From: Bacilli bacterium | Lineage (GTDB): Bacteria; Bacillota_I; Bacilli_A; RFN20; CAG-826 | Length of the DNA stretch: 64,000 nt | NCBI GenBank assembly: GCA_024687185.1 | Contig: JAILEX010000048.1 | Location: 1,266-65,265, forward strand | Direction: 5' to 3' | Shown here: piece after piece, positions 48,991-58,458 of the stretch | Numbering within the stretch: position 1 is the stretch's first letter | Layout of the letters: each line of letters starts with the position of its first letter | Notes under the pieces: generated by a model | Database searches by the model: none | The model's input: the letters and a program-made list of their open reading frames with translations, nothing else | What the model was told of the DNA's origin: nothing | Translations under genes and position numbers: made by a program

Positions 48991-51900
48991 ATGTTCCAAT
49001 CTCTCGCCAAAATGTCTCTTCCCCTAATCTTAGGGTCCTTTTTACTTTCCTGCGCGTACCTACACGCGCCTACGCAAGAAGAAAACGTAGAGCCCGTATC
49101 GGAGACCTTGTCCAAGGAAACGATATCGAAGCAGCTTTCCTCTATCGTGAAATCCGGTCTAAGGCTAGATATGTCTTCCCTTAAGGTCGCCATCCCCTCC
49201 AAGATCGAGACCGTCGATAACGTCCTCGATTTCTCTGGGGCCCACGCCAAATTGAGGGTAGACGAACTATCGTTGCACGGCATAGAAGCCGAGATCGCCG
49301 CCGATCTAGACTATAACGGCGTCAATAAAGACGTCGATTTCCTGCTTTCCGATGAGGAACTCTATTTTTCTCTGGTCGACCACGCCAATCTCGATGGCTT
49401 CCGCTTCAAAAGCTCCATAAAGTCCTATGATGAATCAGATGGCGGCTACGATGAGACCACCCGCGGCGTGCTCTATTACGAATATGGCTCCCTCGACTAT
49501 TTCCTCTATAGCGTGTTCGAATCCTTCGATCTGCCCTCGATCAGTTTGGATTTGTCTAGTAACGGGGAAAGCGCCTCGATCGATTTCTCTTCGATCGCCG
49601 ACGCCACCAATTCCATCGAGCAAATCGATGCCCATACCTTTAAGCTATCTCTTCCCGTCGGGGAAGAAACCCTGCCCATCGGCCTATATTCGGATTCGGA
49701 GGGGACATTAAGCAAAATCGGCTTCCCCTATGGCCAAGACGAATATGAATTCTCCAACGGGGTGAAGGTTTCCTTTCTAGGCGAAGTCTCCACCTTCTCC
49801 GAGGCGTTTACCCTTCCCTATGAAGAAAGCCAATACCTCAACCTAAGCGATTCGCTTGAGCTCATCAAGGATATCGGAAGCAAGATCACCAACAAGAAAT
49901 TCGGCGTCGAGGCAAATCTTAACGTCTACCACAAAGAAGACGCGGTAGAAGGAAGCGAGGAGCTTTTCTCTCGCGACGCCCTAGAGGAAAGCGCGACCCT
50001 AACGGCGAATGTGGACGTCGACCTAAGCGAATCCTACCATGACCTCACCGCCGCGGTCGCCCTTTCTAGTTCCTCATCCTCGGAAACCATCGACCTCCAT
50101 ATCGATGACGATAGCGGGACCGCCAATTGCTATTTCGATTTCAATTCCGGCGTTTTAAAAGGCTTTTCGAGCGTCTCCGCCTTCTCTTCCCTTTGGAACG
50201 CCTTATCCACCTTGATGTCCAACGAAGACATCCAAAACAATGAGATCATGGCCCTTCTTTCCGGGCTACTCGCCACTAGCGATTCCATTAGCGCGGCAAT
50301 AGACGGGGTAAAGACCTCGGCCGTAGGCACCGCCATCAGCGAAGGCCACTATGAAGGCATCCTTAACGCCATCGACCATATCGCCCACGAAGACAACAAA
50401 ATCGTCATCGATTTGGATTTGTCCCATGCGGGCGGATCTGGAAGCGCGAGGATCGTCCTTGATTCTAACGCCACTAACCTACTAGAGGTCACCTTAGATA
50501 ACGCGGGCATCGTAACCACGACCTCCCCCGCCCTTTCCTTACTTGTAAGCGGCAGCGTCATCCTGAGGGATTATGAGCTCCATTCCTTCGATGCCTCTAG
50601 TTACGAAGGGAAGGAATACCGCCACCTCCCCTCACTTGCCTCCTCTTTGGAAAAATTCGCAGGTAGCGACCAACTTTCGGCCGATATAAGCGGCTATATG
50701 ATCCAAAAGGGCACCACCGCGGTCACAAGCTATACCCTTCCTAGCTGGGACGGCAACTCCACCTTCGCCTCCACCGGCTTCTCCTTCTCTGGAAGCCTTG
50801 GCTTTGATTTGGAGGAAAAAACGGGTGCCGGCAAAATGACCTTCGTCGATAGGAAGGAAGGCTATTTCAATGACCATAACATCTATGTCGACGTCACCGG
50901 CGGAGAAGGGGAAAACGACACTAACGAAAAGGATTTTAGCGGCAACGAAGGCGATATAGGCGAAACGGGCTATATGCTCGCGCAATACGATTCCAAAAAC
51001 GCCGATACCTCGAATTCCAGCGAAAAGCGCACCAACCCCAATGACGATAGTTCCCCCATCAAGGGCAGATTCAGCATCCATTCCCTCGATAACGTCCTCG
51101 ATTCCGTGGCGGAGCTTCTTTCCTCCACCGATCCCCGTTTCAAGCGTCTTACCAACCTCTTTAACGGGGTAATGAACGAATCGATCATCTCCTCGATCAT
51201 CGATGGCTATTACCTAAAGGCCCTTTCCGAAGGCTTCTTCGAAAGCAGCTATATCAGCGACAATGGCATCACCATAGTCGCCAGGGAAGGCTTCATCTAT
51301 TCCGGATACGAGCTTAGCATCCGCGTTAGTTTCGGCGAGGATTACCTAGACGAAGAAGGCGTCACCCAGCCTGGGAAGATCAAAACGCTTGAGATACTTT
51401 CCCAAAACAAGGACGCGAGCGATGGCACCGACATCTACGCCAAGATCGAACTCCATAGCGCCTCCTTCCCAAACGACGATATCGGTTTTAACTTCATCAA
51501 TAAGGACGCTAATGGCTCCTATTCCTGGAAAAGCGGCCACTCTTTAAGCGAATTCACCTCCTTCTCCTCCATCGGTAACCTCGTAAACTTCCTCCTAGAC
51601 ACGATCACCTTAGGCACCACGGACTCTAGCACCGTCACGACCTATCACCTTCACCTCTATGTCGATTTAGACGTCCCCCTCATTTCTTCTTTGGACACCA
51701 CGATCGAGGCCGACTTCTATATCTATCTAGATGGCACCAACGTCAAAATCCTTGGCAATCTGCACTATGAGAAGTCCAAATTCCTCGCCTGGGGCATCAT
51801 CGACAAGGAAGCCTACGTCAATATCTTCTACGAGACTAGCGGCGAGGATAGCGATGGCGACCTCTATATCACTAGAAGCGTCCCAGACGATTCCGAGATG

Positions 51901-52551
51901 ACGACCACCAGAAGGGTCGATGGCAGCGACTTCTCCGCGAATATGCTCGATTGGCTGTCCTATATCTTCTATTTCGGCGACACCATCACCGAACATCTGG
52001 ATAACGATTCCTCCTCCTCTAGCAGCGAAGCGCTCCATGGCGAAGACCTGATCAAGGGCTTCTCCACCACCGGAAGCTACGCCAACCCCTATTGGAACCT
52101 CACCGTCGACATCGGTTCCGTTTTGCCTTCCTCCTTGGAAAGATGGCTAAGCTTTGAACAGACCACCGTCACTATCGGCGGCTCCACCGTCAGCTATAGC
52201 AATGCCGGCAAATCATACGAGAAACAAACCCTTTCTAGTTTGGACACCACGCTTAAGATCAAGTTGCTTGGCGCAAGCTGGCTTTCGATTGAAGCCAAGG
52301 TCGACATCGACATGAAAAACGCCGCCAATAACGTCTATACCGACGCCTGGAACAGCGGCTCCACCTGCGCCTATTACATGACCTCCACCGCCCATAAGAT
52401 ACTCGGCGCCACCATCTGGACCGACTATGACCTACATACCGACCACACGGGCACCCCTTCCGCCATCTTCTCTGGGCAATATGGCAAGTCCACTTCCAAC
52501 TCGACCTATAACTCCACGCCCTACTACGTGACCCCCGACACCTTGGCCTAA
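48991..52551 (+). CDS. Giant (1186 aa) acidic lipoprotein, unknown family (paralog B)
   Basis: Lipoprotein signal MSLPLILGSFLLSC. It shares ordered sequence blocks with 44840-48898: DELSLHGI, TTRGxxYYEYGxLD[WY]F, H[NK]EDAVEGS, D[DP]RF[SK]RL. Confidence 0.7.
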   Translation: MFQSLAKMSLPLILGSFLLSCAYLHAPTQEENVEPVSETLSKETISKQLSSIVKSGLRLDMSSLKVAIPSKIETVDNVLDFSGAHAKLRVDELSLHGIEAEIAADLDYNGVNKDVDFLLSDEELYFSLVDHANLDGFRFKSSIKSYDESDGGYDETTRGVLYYEYGSLDYFLYSVFESFDLPSISLDLSSNGESASIDFSSIADATNSIEQIDAHTFKLSLPVGEETLPIGLYSDSEGTLSKIGFPYGQDEYEFSNGVKVSFLGEVSTFSEAFTLPYEESQYLNLSDSLELIKDIGSKITNKKFGVEANLNVYHKEDAVEGSEELFSRDALEESATLTANVDVDLSESYHDLTAAVALSSSSSSETIDLHIDDDSGTANCYFDFNSGVLKGFSSVSAFSSLWNALSTLMSNEDIQNNEIMALLSGLLATSDSISAAIDGVKTSAVGTAISEGHYEGILNAIDHIAHEDNKIVIDLDLSHAGGSGSARIVLDSNATNLLEVTLDNAGIVTTTSPALSLLVSGSVILRDYELHSFDASSYEGKEYRHLPSLASSLEKFAGSDQLSADISGYMIQKGTTAVTSYTLPSWDGNSTFASTGFSFSGSLGFDLEEKTGAGKMTFVDRKEGYFNDHNIYVDVTGGEGENDTNEKDFSGNEGDIGETGYMLAQYDSKNADTSNSSEKRTNPNDDSSPIKGRFSIHSLDNVLDSVAELLSSTDPRFKRLTNLFNGVMNESIISSIIDGYYLKALSEGFFESSYISDNGITIVAREGFIYSGYELSIRVSFGEDYLDEEGVTQPGKIKTLEILSQNKDASDGTDIYAKIELHSASFPNDDIGFNFINKDANGSYSWKSGHSLSEFTSFSSIGNLVNFLLDTITLGTTDSSTVTTYHLHLYVDLDVPLISSLDTTIEADFYIYLDGTNVKILGNLHYEKSKFLAWGIIDKEAYVNIFYETSGEDSDGDLYITRSVPDDSEMTTTRRVDGSDFSANMLDWLSYIFYFGDTITEHLDNDSSSSSSEALHGEDLIKGFSTTGSYANPYWNLTVDIGSVLPSSLERWLSFEQTTVTIGGSTVSYSNAGKSYEKQTLSSLDTTLKIKLLGASWLSIEAKVDIDMKNAANNVYTDAWNSGSTCAYYMTSTAHKILGATIWTDYDLHTDHTGTPSAIFSGQYGKSTSNSTYNSTPYYVTPDTLA

Positions 52552-52582
52552 CATTCGCCCCTCCATGGGCTATAATTAGCGT

Positions 52583-54004
52583 ATGGGCTTCCTCTTTTTC
52601 AAAAACCATAAACCCAAAACCGTCTCCTTCCGTTTGCCTTTTGACTTCGATATGGAAGTGGAGGAGAAGGTCGTTTTCGATGAGCGTCTTTTTAATGACA
52701 ACAAAACCTACTCAAAGGATTTGGCCAGGCTTTCCTTCGCCTTCGCCGTCTCTAGTTTCTCCTCCAACCGCGCTAGAAGCGACCTATCCAAAAGCGCCGA
52801 TAACGGAATCGAGTTCCTGTCCCAATGCGGCTTTAGAAAGATAAGGCCCACAATCGACTATTCTCTTCCCCCAACCCCCTATTCCCTAGGGGCGATATTC
52901 GGGAAGAGGAAAATCAAAATCGGCAAAAGGAAGCTGACCCTAATCGCAATCGGCGTAAGGGGTGGCAACTATGGGGCCGAATGGGCCAGTAACGTCACCT
53001 TGGGCAAGAAAGGACCCCATGAAGGCTTTGCCTTATCAAAGGAAAAGCTCTACCAGGATTTCATCTCCTATCTATTGGATTATAGGATAAAAGGCAAAAT
53101 CGCCATCTGGGTGACCGGCTTTTCTAGGGCCGGAGGCGTCGCCAATCTTTTCGCCGGGGATATCCTCGACGAATCCAAAGAGGAAAGGCTGACGATCCAT
53201 AAGGCAAGCATCGATAGGGATTCGGTCTATGCCTATTGCTTCGCCTCCCCTTCTACGGGAGAAAAGGAAAACCAAGGGTATCAAGGCATCTTCCATACCC
53301 TTAATCCCAATGATGCGGTTCCCCTTATCCCTCCTAAGGAATTCGGCTTTTCCCATTATGGGGAAGTCATCTACCTCCCCGATTTCTATGATGAGGATAT
53401 CAACATAAAGGCCAGGGAAATATTGGACCGTCTAGGCGTAGGGGTTCCCAAAAAGGAATTCTACATGATGAAATTCGACCTTCTCCATATGAAGGATAAG
53501 GAAAGAAGATGCGTAGTGGACGCCAAGGCAATCCTAGTCAAACAAAGCGAATTCCTGACCCGCGTCCGCCTGGCTTTGACTAGCGGGATGGATAGGGAAG
53601 GCTATTACGAAAACGTGCAGGATGGCCTAGCCTCTTTGCTTGGACTGGTCGATTCCTCCCTCGAAAACCCCTATATCCATATCAAAAACGTCCTCTCCAG
53701 CCTTTTCTCTTCCATGTTCGAGGAACATAATGGCATATCGCTACTTAGCAAATTGCTATCCAAAAAATTCGACATGGCCTCCTTCCTCGCCCCCTATGCC
53801 GAAAAGGCGCTTGAAGAAGAGAAGCTAGACAATATAGATAAGGATAAGATAGCCCTCTCGCTCACTTACCTAGCGAAGGCCTCTTTGCCGTATCTACAGA
53901 AAAACACGGACCTAGTGGCGACGATGATCGGAGGCGATAATTCCTCCCTTATCCTGCTTGCCCATACACCCGCCCTTTATTGGGCGCTTTTAAACCAAAT
54001 CTAG
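52583..54004 (+). CDS. Alpha/beta-hydrolase, lipase class 3-like protein (no signal peptide seen)
   Basis: 473 aa. IWVTGFSRAGGVANLFAG resembles the lipase_3 nucleophile elbow, and NPNDAVPLIP resembles the Asp-containing DxVPxLP strand. It starts 31 nt after the giant lipoprotein gene. Confidence 0.5.
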   Translation: MGFLFFKNHKPKTVSFRLPFDFDMEVEEKVVFDERLFNDNKTYSKDLARLSFAFAVSSFSSNRARSDLSKSADNGIEFLSQCGFRKIRPTIDYSLPPTPYSLGAIFGKRKIKIGKRKLTLIAIGVRGGNYGAEWASNVTLGKKGPHEGFALSKEKLYQDFISYLLDYRIKGKIAIWVTGFSRAGGVANLFAGDILDESKEERLTIHKASIDRDSVYAYCFASPSTGEKENQGYQGIFHTLNPNDAVPLIPPKEFGFSHYGEVIYLPDFYDEDINIKAREILDRLGVGVPKKEFYMMKFDLLHMKDKERRCVVDAKAILVKQSEFLTRVRLALTSGMDREGYYENVQDGLASLLGLVDSSLENPYIHIKNVLSSLFSSMFEEHNGISLLSKLLSKKFDMASFLAPYAEKALEEEKLDNIDKDKIALSLTYLAKASLPYLQKNTDLVATMIGGDNSSLILLAHTPALYWALLNQI

Positions 54005-54112
54005 CTCGCTGAATTCCCGTTTTATTTGAACATCCGATATAAGCGAAAATCTATTGGCGATGGTACTTTTTAGGTTTGATTTTGCTTCCGCTCGTGTCAA
54101 AATATAGGCGAA

Positions 54113-54751
54113 ATGAACAACTTAGCCGCCACGATTGGCAAAAACATCGCTTCTTTACGCAAAGCCAAGGGAATGACCCAGCAGGATTTGGCCGAAGAAA
54201 TCCACTATAGCGACAAATCGATCTCCAAATGGGAGCTCGGTTATAGCGCCCCAAGCATCGATATCCTAATGGACATCGCCCATTTTTTCGGCGTCAGCGT
54301 AGACTATCTTCTAAGGGAGCAAACCGATGCCTCAATCCTAGAGGTAGCCGAGAACGAGGAAGCCAAAAAGGAAGAAAACAATAGGGCCATCTCCCAAGCC
54401 ATCATGCTTGCCATGTCGATGACTTTCTGCGTGCTGGTCGCCGTTTGCATCTTCTTCTCGCCCTTCTTCTTCGATCCAGCCAATGGGAAGCTTGTGTGGC
54501 AGGCCTTCATCTGGATGATCCCCGCCTCGCTTCTTGTGGCCATTATCGAGGTCCAATACTTCTACCATAACCGCCTCGCTAGGACGGTGCTTGCCTCCGT
54601 CTTCATATGGGCCCTTCTTATCGCCTTCGCGGTCCAATTCGCCTATGGTAACCCGCAGGGGCAGCAAGAAAGCGTCTGGTTCATATTGGCCGTAGGGGCG
54701 CCGCTACAGGTCATCGTCATCCTCTACCATAACTATAGAAGGTTCCATTAA
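54113..54751 (+). CDS. XRE-family HTH regulator with a C-terminal 4-TM domain
   Basis: N-terminal LRKAKGMTQQDLAEEIHYSDKSISKWELGYSAPSIDILMDIAHFFGVSVDYLL, followed by hydrophobic helices. Confidence 0.8.
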   Translation: MNNLAATIGKNIASLRKAKGMTQQDLAEEIHYSDKSISKWELGYSAPSIDILMDIAHFFGVSVDYLLREQTDASILEVAENEEAKKEENNRAISQAIMLAMSMTFCVLVAVCIFFSPFFFDPANGKLVWQAFIWMIPASLLVAIIEVQYFYHNRLARTVLASVFIWALLIAFAVQFAYGNPQGQQESVWFILAVGAPLQVIVILYHNYRRFH

Positions 54752-54786
54752 GGTCGCCTTAAAAACGAAAGAAAAGGAGAAAAGTC

Positions 54787-55251
54787 ATGCCGAAAATCAT
54801 TGCCGATCCCACCACCAAGATCATAAACGCCAGCTTCGACGTCTTGAAGAAGTATGGCGAAGAAAGGTTTTCAATGCGCCTAGTCGCCAAAAAGGCCAAT
54901 ATCTCCGTCGGAACGATCTATAACTACTATCCCGATAAGGAATCCTTGCTTAAGGCGATAGGCGAAAAGCAAAGCGAAAACCTCATCAAGGAAATCTCCT
55001 CCTATCGCAATAAGGGCAAGGAAACCAAAGACGCCATCTTAGAGCTGTATGAGAAAACGGTCAAAGCCGTCGAATTAAAGCAAGGCAAGGATACCATCCT
55101 CCCCGCCTTGGCCAAGGCGCTATCTAGAATTGGCAAAGAAGGCCTTGAACCCGACTATGTATCCCTAGTCGCCACGGCGATCATCGTGGGCATTGAGGAT
55201 GGACGAGAGAAAAATAGCGTCCTCCTTTTGGCCGCCAAAACCCTTAAATAA
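54787..55251 (+). CDS. TetR-family transcriptional regulator (short)
   Basis: 154 aa. FSMRLVAKKANISVGTIYNYYPDKESLL HTH. Confidence 0.8.
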   Translation: MPKIIADPTTKIINASFDVLKKYGEERFSMRLVAKKANISVGTIYNYYPDKESLLKAIGEKQSENLIKEISSYRNKGKETKDAILELYEKTVKAVELKQGKDTILPALAKALSRIGKEGLEPDYVSLVATAIIVGIEDGREKNSVLLLAAKTLK

Positions 55252-55355
55252 GCACTTTCATCACCGTTTTTTCGCTATAGGTCCCTTAAAAAGGGAGACT
55301 ATTTCGCGTATGCGTGTAAAATGGCCCTCGGAAAAGAAAGGAAAAGCCAATCGAT

Positions 55356-57137
55356 ATGGAAAACAAATACGTATGGGATCTCTCTTACTTCTATGAAAGC
55401 GAAGAGGATTTCCTAAAGGAACTTGAGGAATTCAAAGCCCTGCCCCCAAAGCTAGGGGAACTAAAAGGAAAGCTAAGCGAAGAAGAAAGCCTAAGGAAGG
55501 CATTCGCCATCCAAAAGGAAATCGAGGTCAAACTCTCCAAACTCTACTTCTTCGCCTCGATGAGAAGCGATAGGAACAAAAAAGACGTCGCTAACGCAAG
55601 CGACCTCATGAAGGTGCGTTCTCTTTTCGTCCCCCTCTCCGAGAATTCCGCTTACTTTGAGCCGGAGATACTCTCCTTAGGGGAAAAGAAGATGGAGGAA
55701 TTCTTCGCCAATAACCCAGAGTTAGGCGAATTTAAATTCGGGGTCGAAAAGCTCTTCCGCGGCCAAAAGCACGTCCTCACCCCCGATAAGGAACTCCTCC
55801 TTAGCGCCTATTCCCCCATTTCTAGCGAGGCAAGCCAACTTTATAGCGCCTTAACCGTCGCCGACGGAAGCGCGAAGGAAGCCACGTTAGAAGATGGAAG
55901 CAAGGTCACGGTCACCCAGGCCAACTGGACGAGTTTGGTCGCCGATGCGAAATGCGAAGAGGATAGAAGGCATATCTTCGAGGCCCTATATTCGCAATAC
56001 GAAGCCCATAAGAACACCTATGCCGAAATCTACCGCTTGGGACTGGAAAACCAAATCGCGACCATGAAGACGCGTGGCTATAAGGATATCCTCGATACCC
56101 ACCTCTTTCAAAACGCGATCGACCAAGAGGTTTTCCTTAACCTAATCGAGGTCGCTTCTAGCGAAGAGGGAAGCGCCCCTTTGAAAAGATATTTGGAGAT
56201 AAAGCGGAAATACTTGGGATTAGAGAAATTCCGCTCCTATGACCGCTTCGTCCAATTGGCGAAATCGGATAAGAAATATACCTTTGAGGAAGCCCAGCAA
56301 ACCTTCTTCGATTCCATCAAGCATTTCCCCGCGGATTACCAAGACAAGGCCAGGGAAGTCAATAAGCCCGGCTTCATCGACGTCTATCCAGGAGATGGCA
56401 AGCGCACAGGAGCCTATTCCAATGGCGGCGCGGGCTTCCACCCCTATATATTGCTTAACTATAACGGCGAACTAGACGACGTCTTCACCCTCGCCCATGA
56501 ATCGGGCCACTCGATCCATACCCTATATAGCGAGGAGAGCCAGCCCATCATGACCCAGGACTACACGATCTTCGTCGCCGAGATCGCCTCCACCTTCAAT
56601 GAGCATAATCTGCTCGACTACTTCCTCAATTCAGGGACCCTTGATAAGAAAGACCAGATCTTCTTGCTTCAGAAATCGATCGACGAGATCGTCTCCACCT
56701 TCTACCGTCAGACCTTGTTCGGCCACTACGAATACCTCGTCTCCAAGATGGCGGAAAAGCAGGAACCGATCAACTACGAAGTCCTAAATGGCGTCATGGT
56801 CGACCTCTATAAGGCCTATTATGGAATCGATATCGCCGAAGAGGTCTATAAGCCCCTAGTCTGGGCCTATATCCCCCACTTGTTCAATTCCCCCTTCTAC
56901 GTCTACCAATACGCGACTAGCTTCACCTCCTCGATGCTAATCTACCAAAATGTGAAGGAAGGAAAGCCCGGGGCATTCGATAGGCATATCGCCTTATTGC
57001 GTAGCGGCGGTAGCGATTACCCGGTGGAACAGGTTAAGAAAGCCGGCGTCGATCTAACTAGCAAAGAACCCTACCTAGCCGTCGTTAGGAGGATGAACGA
57101 ACTAGTCGATAGGCTGGAAAAGCTTCTTGGCGAATAA
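55356..57137 (+). CDS. pepF: Oligoendopeptidase F (M3B)
   Basis: 593 aa. HESGHSIH zinc motif and typical PepF length and N-terminal WDLSxxY. Confidence 0.9.
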   Translation: MENKYVWDLSYFYESEEDFLKELEEFKALPPKLGELKGKLSEEESLRKAFAIQKEIEVKLSKLYFFASMRSDRNKKDVANASDLMKVRSLFVPLSENSAYFEPEILSLGEKKMEEFFANNPELGEFKFGVEKLFRGQKHVLTPDKELLLSAYSPISSEASQLYSALTVADGSAKEATLEDGSKVTVTQANWTSLVADAKCEEDRRHIFEALYSQYEAHKNTYAEIYRLGLENQIATMKTRGYKDILDTHLFQNAIDQEVFLNLIEVASSEEGSAPLKRYLEIKRKYLGLEKFRSYDRFVQLAKSDKKYTFEEAQQTFFDSIKHFPADYQDKAREVNKPGFIDVYPGDGKRTGAYSNGGAGFHPYILLNYNGELDDVFTLAHESGHSIHTLYSEESQPIMTQDYTIFVAEIASTFNEHNLLDYFLNSGTLDKKDQIFLLQKSIDEIVSTFYRQTLFGHYEYLVSKMAEKQEPINYEVLNGVMVDLYKAYYGIDIAEEVYKPLVWAYIPHLFNSPFYVYQYATSFTSSMLIYQNVKEGKPGAFDRHIALLRSGGSDYPVEQVKKAGVDLTSKEPYLAVVRRMNELVDRLEKLLGE

Positions 57138-57152
57138 GGCTAAACAACCATC

Positions 57153-57192
57153 AAAAAAAAGACGGTAACCGATGCACGGGTCCCGTCTTTTT
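57153..57192. terminator. Bidirectional intrinsic terminator between convergent genes
   Basis: AAAAAAAA-GACGG...(imperfect inner stem)...CCGTC-TTTTT. Confidence 0.6.
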
Positions 57193-57203
57193 AATATATG
57201 GGA

Positions 57204-58229
57204 TCAATAGGCGTGGTGTTTCCTAGCTTCGCGCATCGCTTTGCGGCGGCCCTTTTCGGCTTGCTTTCTGCCATACCTGGTAAGTTCTTCCTCGCCATCG
57301 TCGACTTCGATTGTCCTATAGTGAGGCGCCTCTTCCTTTTCCTCTATCTTCTTGGCTTCCTTTGTTTCCTCGGGCTCATAGGGCCTAGGCTCGCTTCTAT
57401 CTAATTCCATCGAGGCAAGTTCTTTCCTAAGTAAATCATGGTGGCCCGATTCATATAGTTCGTCTAATTGGGCGATCTTCTCGGCCTCGACCTTCCTTAA
57501 GGCGCGGTTACGGAGATAGTGGTAGGATTCCTCGTTCAGCTCTTCTCCGCCTGCGGCATCGATATTATGGCCAAGAAGCAAATATAGGAGCTCATCGTAT
57601 CTTCTTTGCTTCCAAAACTGGCGGAACTGGTAGCGGATTAGCGACCTCTTGGAATTCTTCTTTGCGCATTTCCTCGCCTTCCTATAGGCCGAATAGATGG
57701 GCGAGAACTCGCTTGAATAGATATAGCTATAGAACAAAGCGAATATATCGGCGAACGCGACCCCGCTTGCATAGACCAAGATGGAATAGACATAAGCGTA
57801 ATAAAGGATCTTCAAATTGAATTCGATGGGGAGTCTGGTGAAGAGGAAGGAAAGGAAATAATAGGACACAAAGCCTAGAATCGAGGCGATGAAGCCGATA
57901 CCTGGGATGATATGGAGCGCGCTAAGGAAGGGTTTGCGGTTGGTAATCAAAATAAGATTTACGCTGCCTAAAAGCGCCCCAACCACGGAGATGGGGATGC
58001 AGACCACCATCTTCAAAAACTCGATGCCCGAATAATCGAAAGTCACGTTGACGGCGACGATCACGATCCTAAAGTCATCGACCATCGCCTTGACGTCTGG
58101 GACGCTAAAGGCAAGAAGGTATAGGATCGTGGATAGCAAGATAAGCGACAAAGAAATAAGCCCAACCACCGAAAACCCGGTATTGGGGCGGGAGGGTCGG
58201 CCTTCTTTTAAAAGATGCACATCAAGCAT
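57204..58229 (-). CDS. Hypothetical polytopic membrane protein with a charged cytoplasmic C-terminal region
   Basis: 341 aa. About 5 TM helices, then a Lys/Glu/Arg-rich tail. No recognisable motif. Confidence 0.5.
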   Translation of the reverse strand: MLDVHLLKEGRPSRPNTGFSVVGLISLSLILLSTILYLLAFSVPDVKAMVDDFRIVIVAVNVTFDYSGIEFLKMVVCIPISVVGALLGSVNLILITNRKPFLSALHIIPGIGFIASILGFVSYYFLSFLFTRLPIEFNLKILYYAYVYSILVYASGVAFADIFALFYSYIYSSEFSPIYSAYRKARKCAKKNSKRSLIRYQFRQFWKQRRYDELLYLLLGHNIDAAGGEELNEESYHYLRNRALRKVEAEKIAQLDELYESGHHDLLRKELASMELDRSEPRPYEPEETKEAKKIEEKEEAPHYRTIEVDDGEEELTRYGRKQAEKGRRKAMREARKHHAY

Positions 58230-58334
58230 GACCTAATTTTATGGCAATTTCCCATCCTAAGGAAGGTTTTTAGTAAAAACTTCCTCCCTCTATTTTGGAC
58301 CTAGCAATCGATTAGTTATTCCTTTTGTCTCATT

Positions 58335-58378
58335 AACCCTGCAAAACTCCGATATCCTTATGAAACTGCAGGGTTTTT
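58335..58378 (+). other. Terminator-like hairpin in a divergent intergenic region, upstream of the flavodoxin-like gene
   Basis: AACCCTGCA-(23 nt)-TGCAGGGTT followed by TTT(TT), about 80 nt upstream of the ATG at 58459. Confidence 0.4.
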
Positions 58379-58458
58379 ATACTATTTTTCGTCTACTACT
58401 TCCAATTCCAAAACCAATCCGCTTCCTCTAAAATATGCCGGTAAAGGAAAAGAAGAAC

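Noticed and set aside
54040-54112. Promoter or leaderless arrangement for the XRE regulator (TATAGG or AATATA close to the ATG)
   Set aside because: The hexamer quality and spacing (4-6 nt) are poorer than in the four cases reported as leaderless candidates. No convincing -35 was found.
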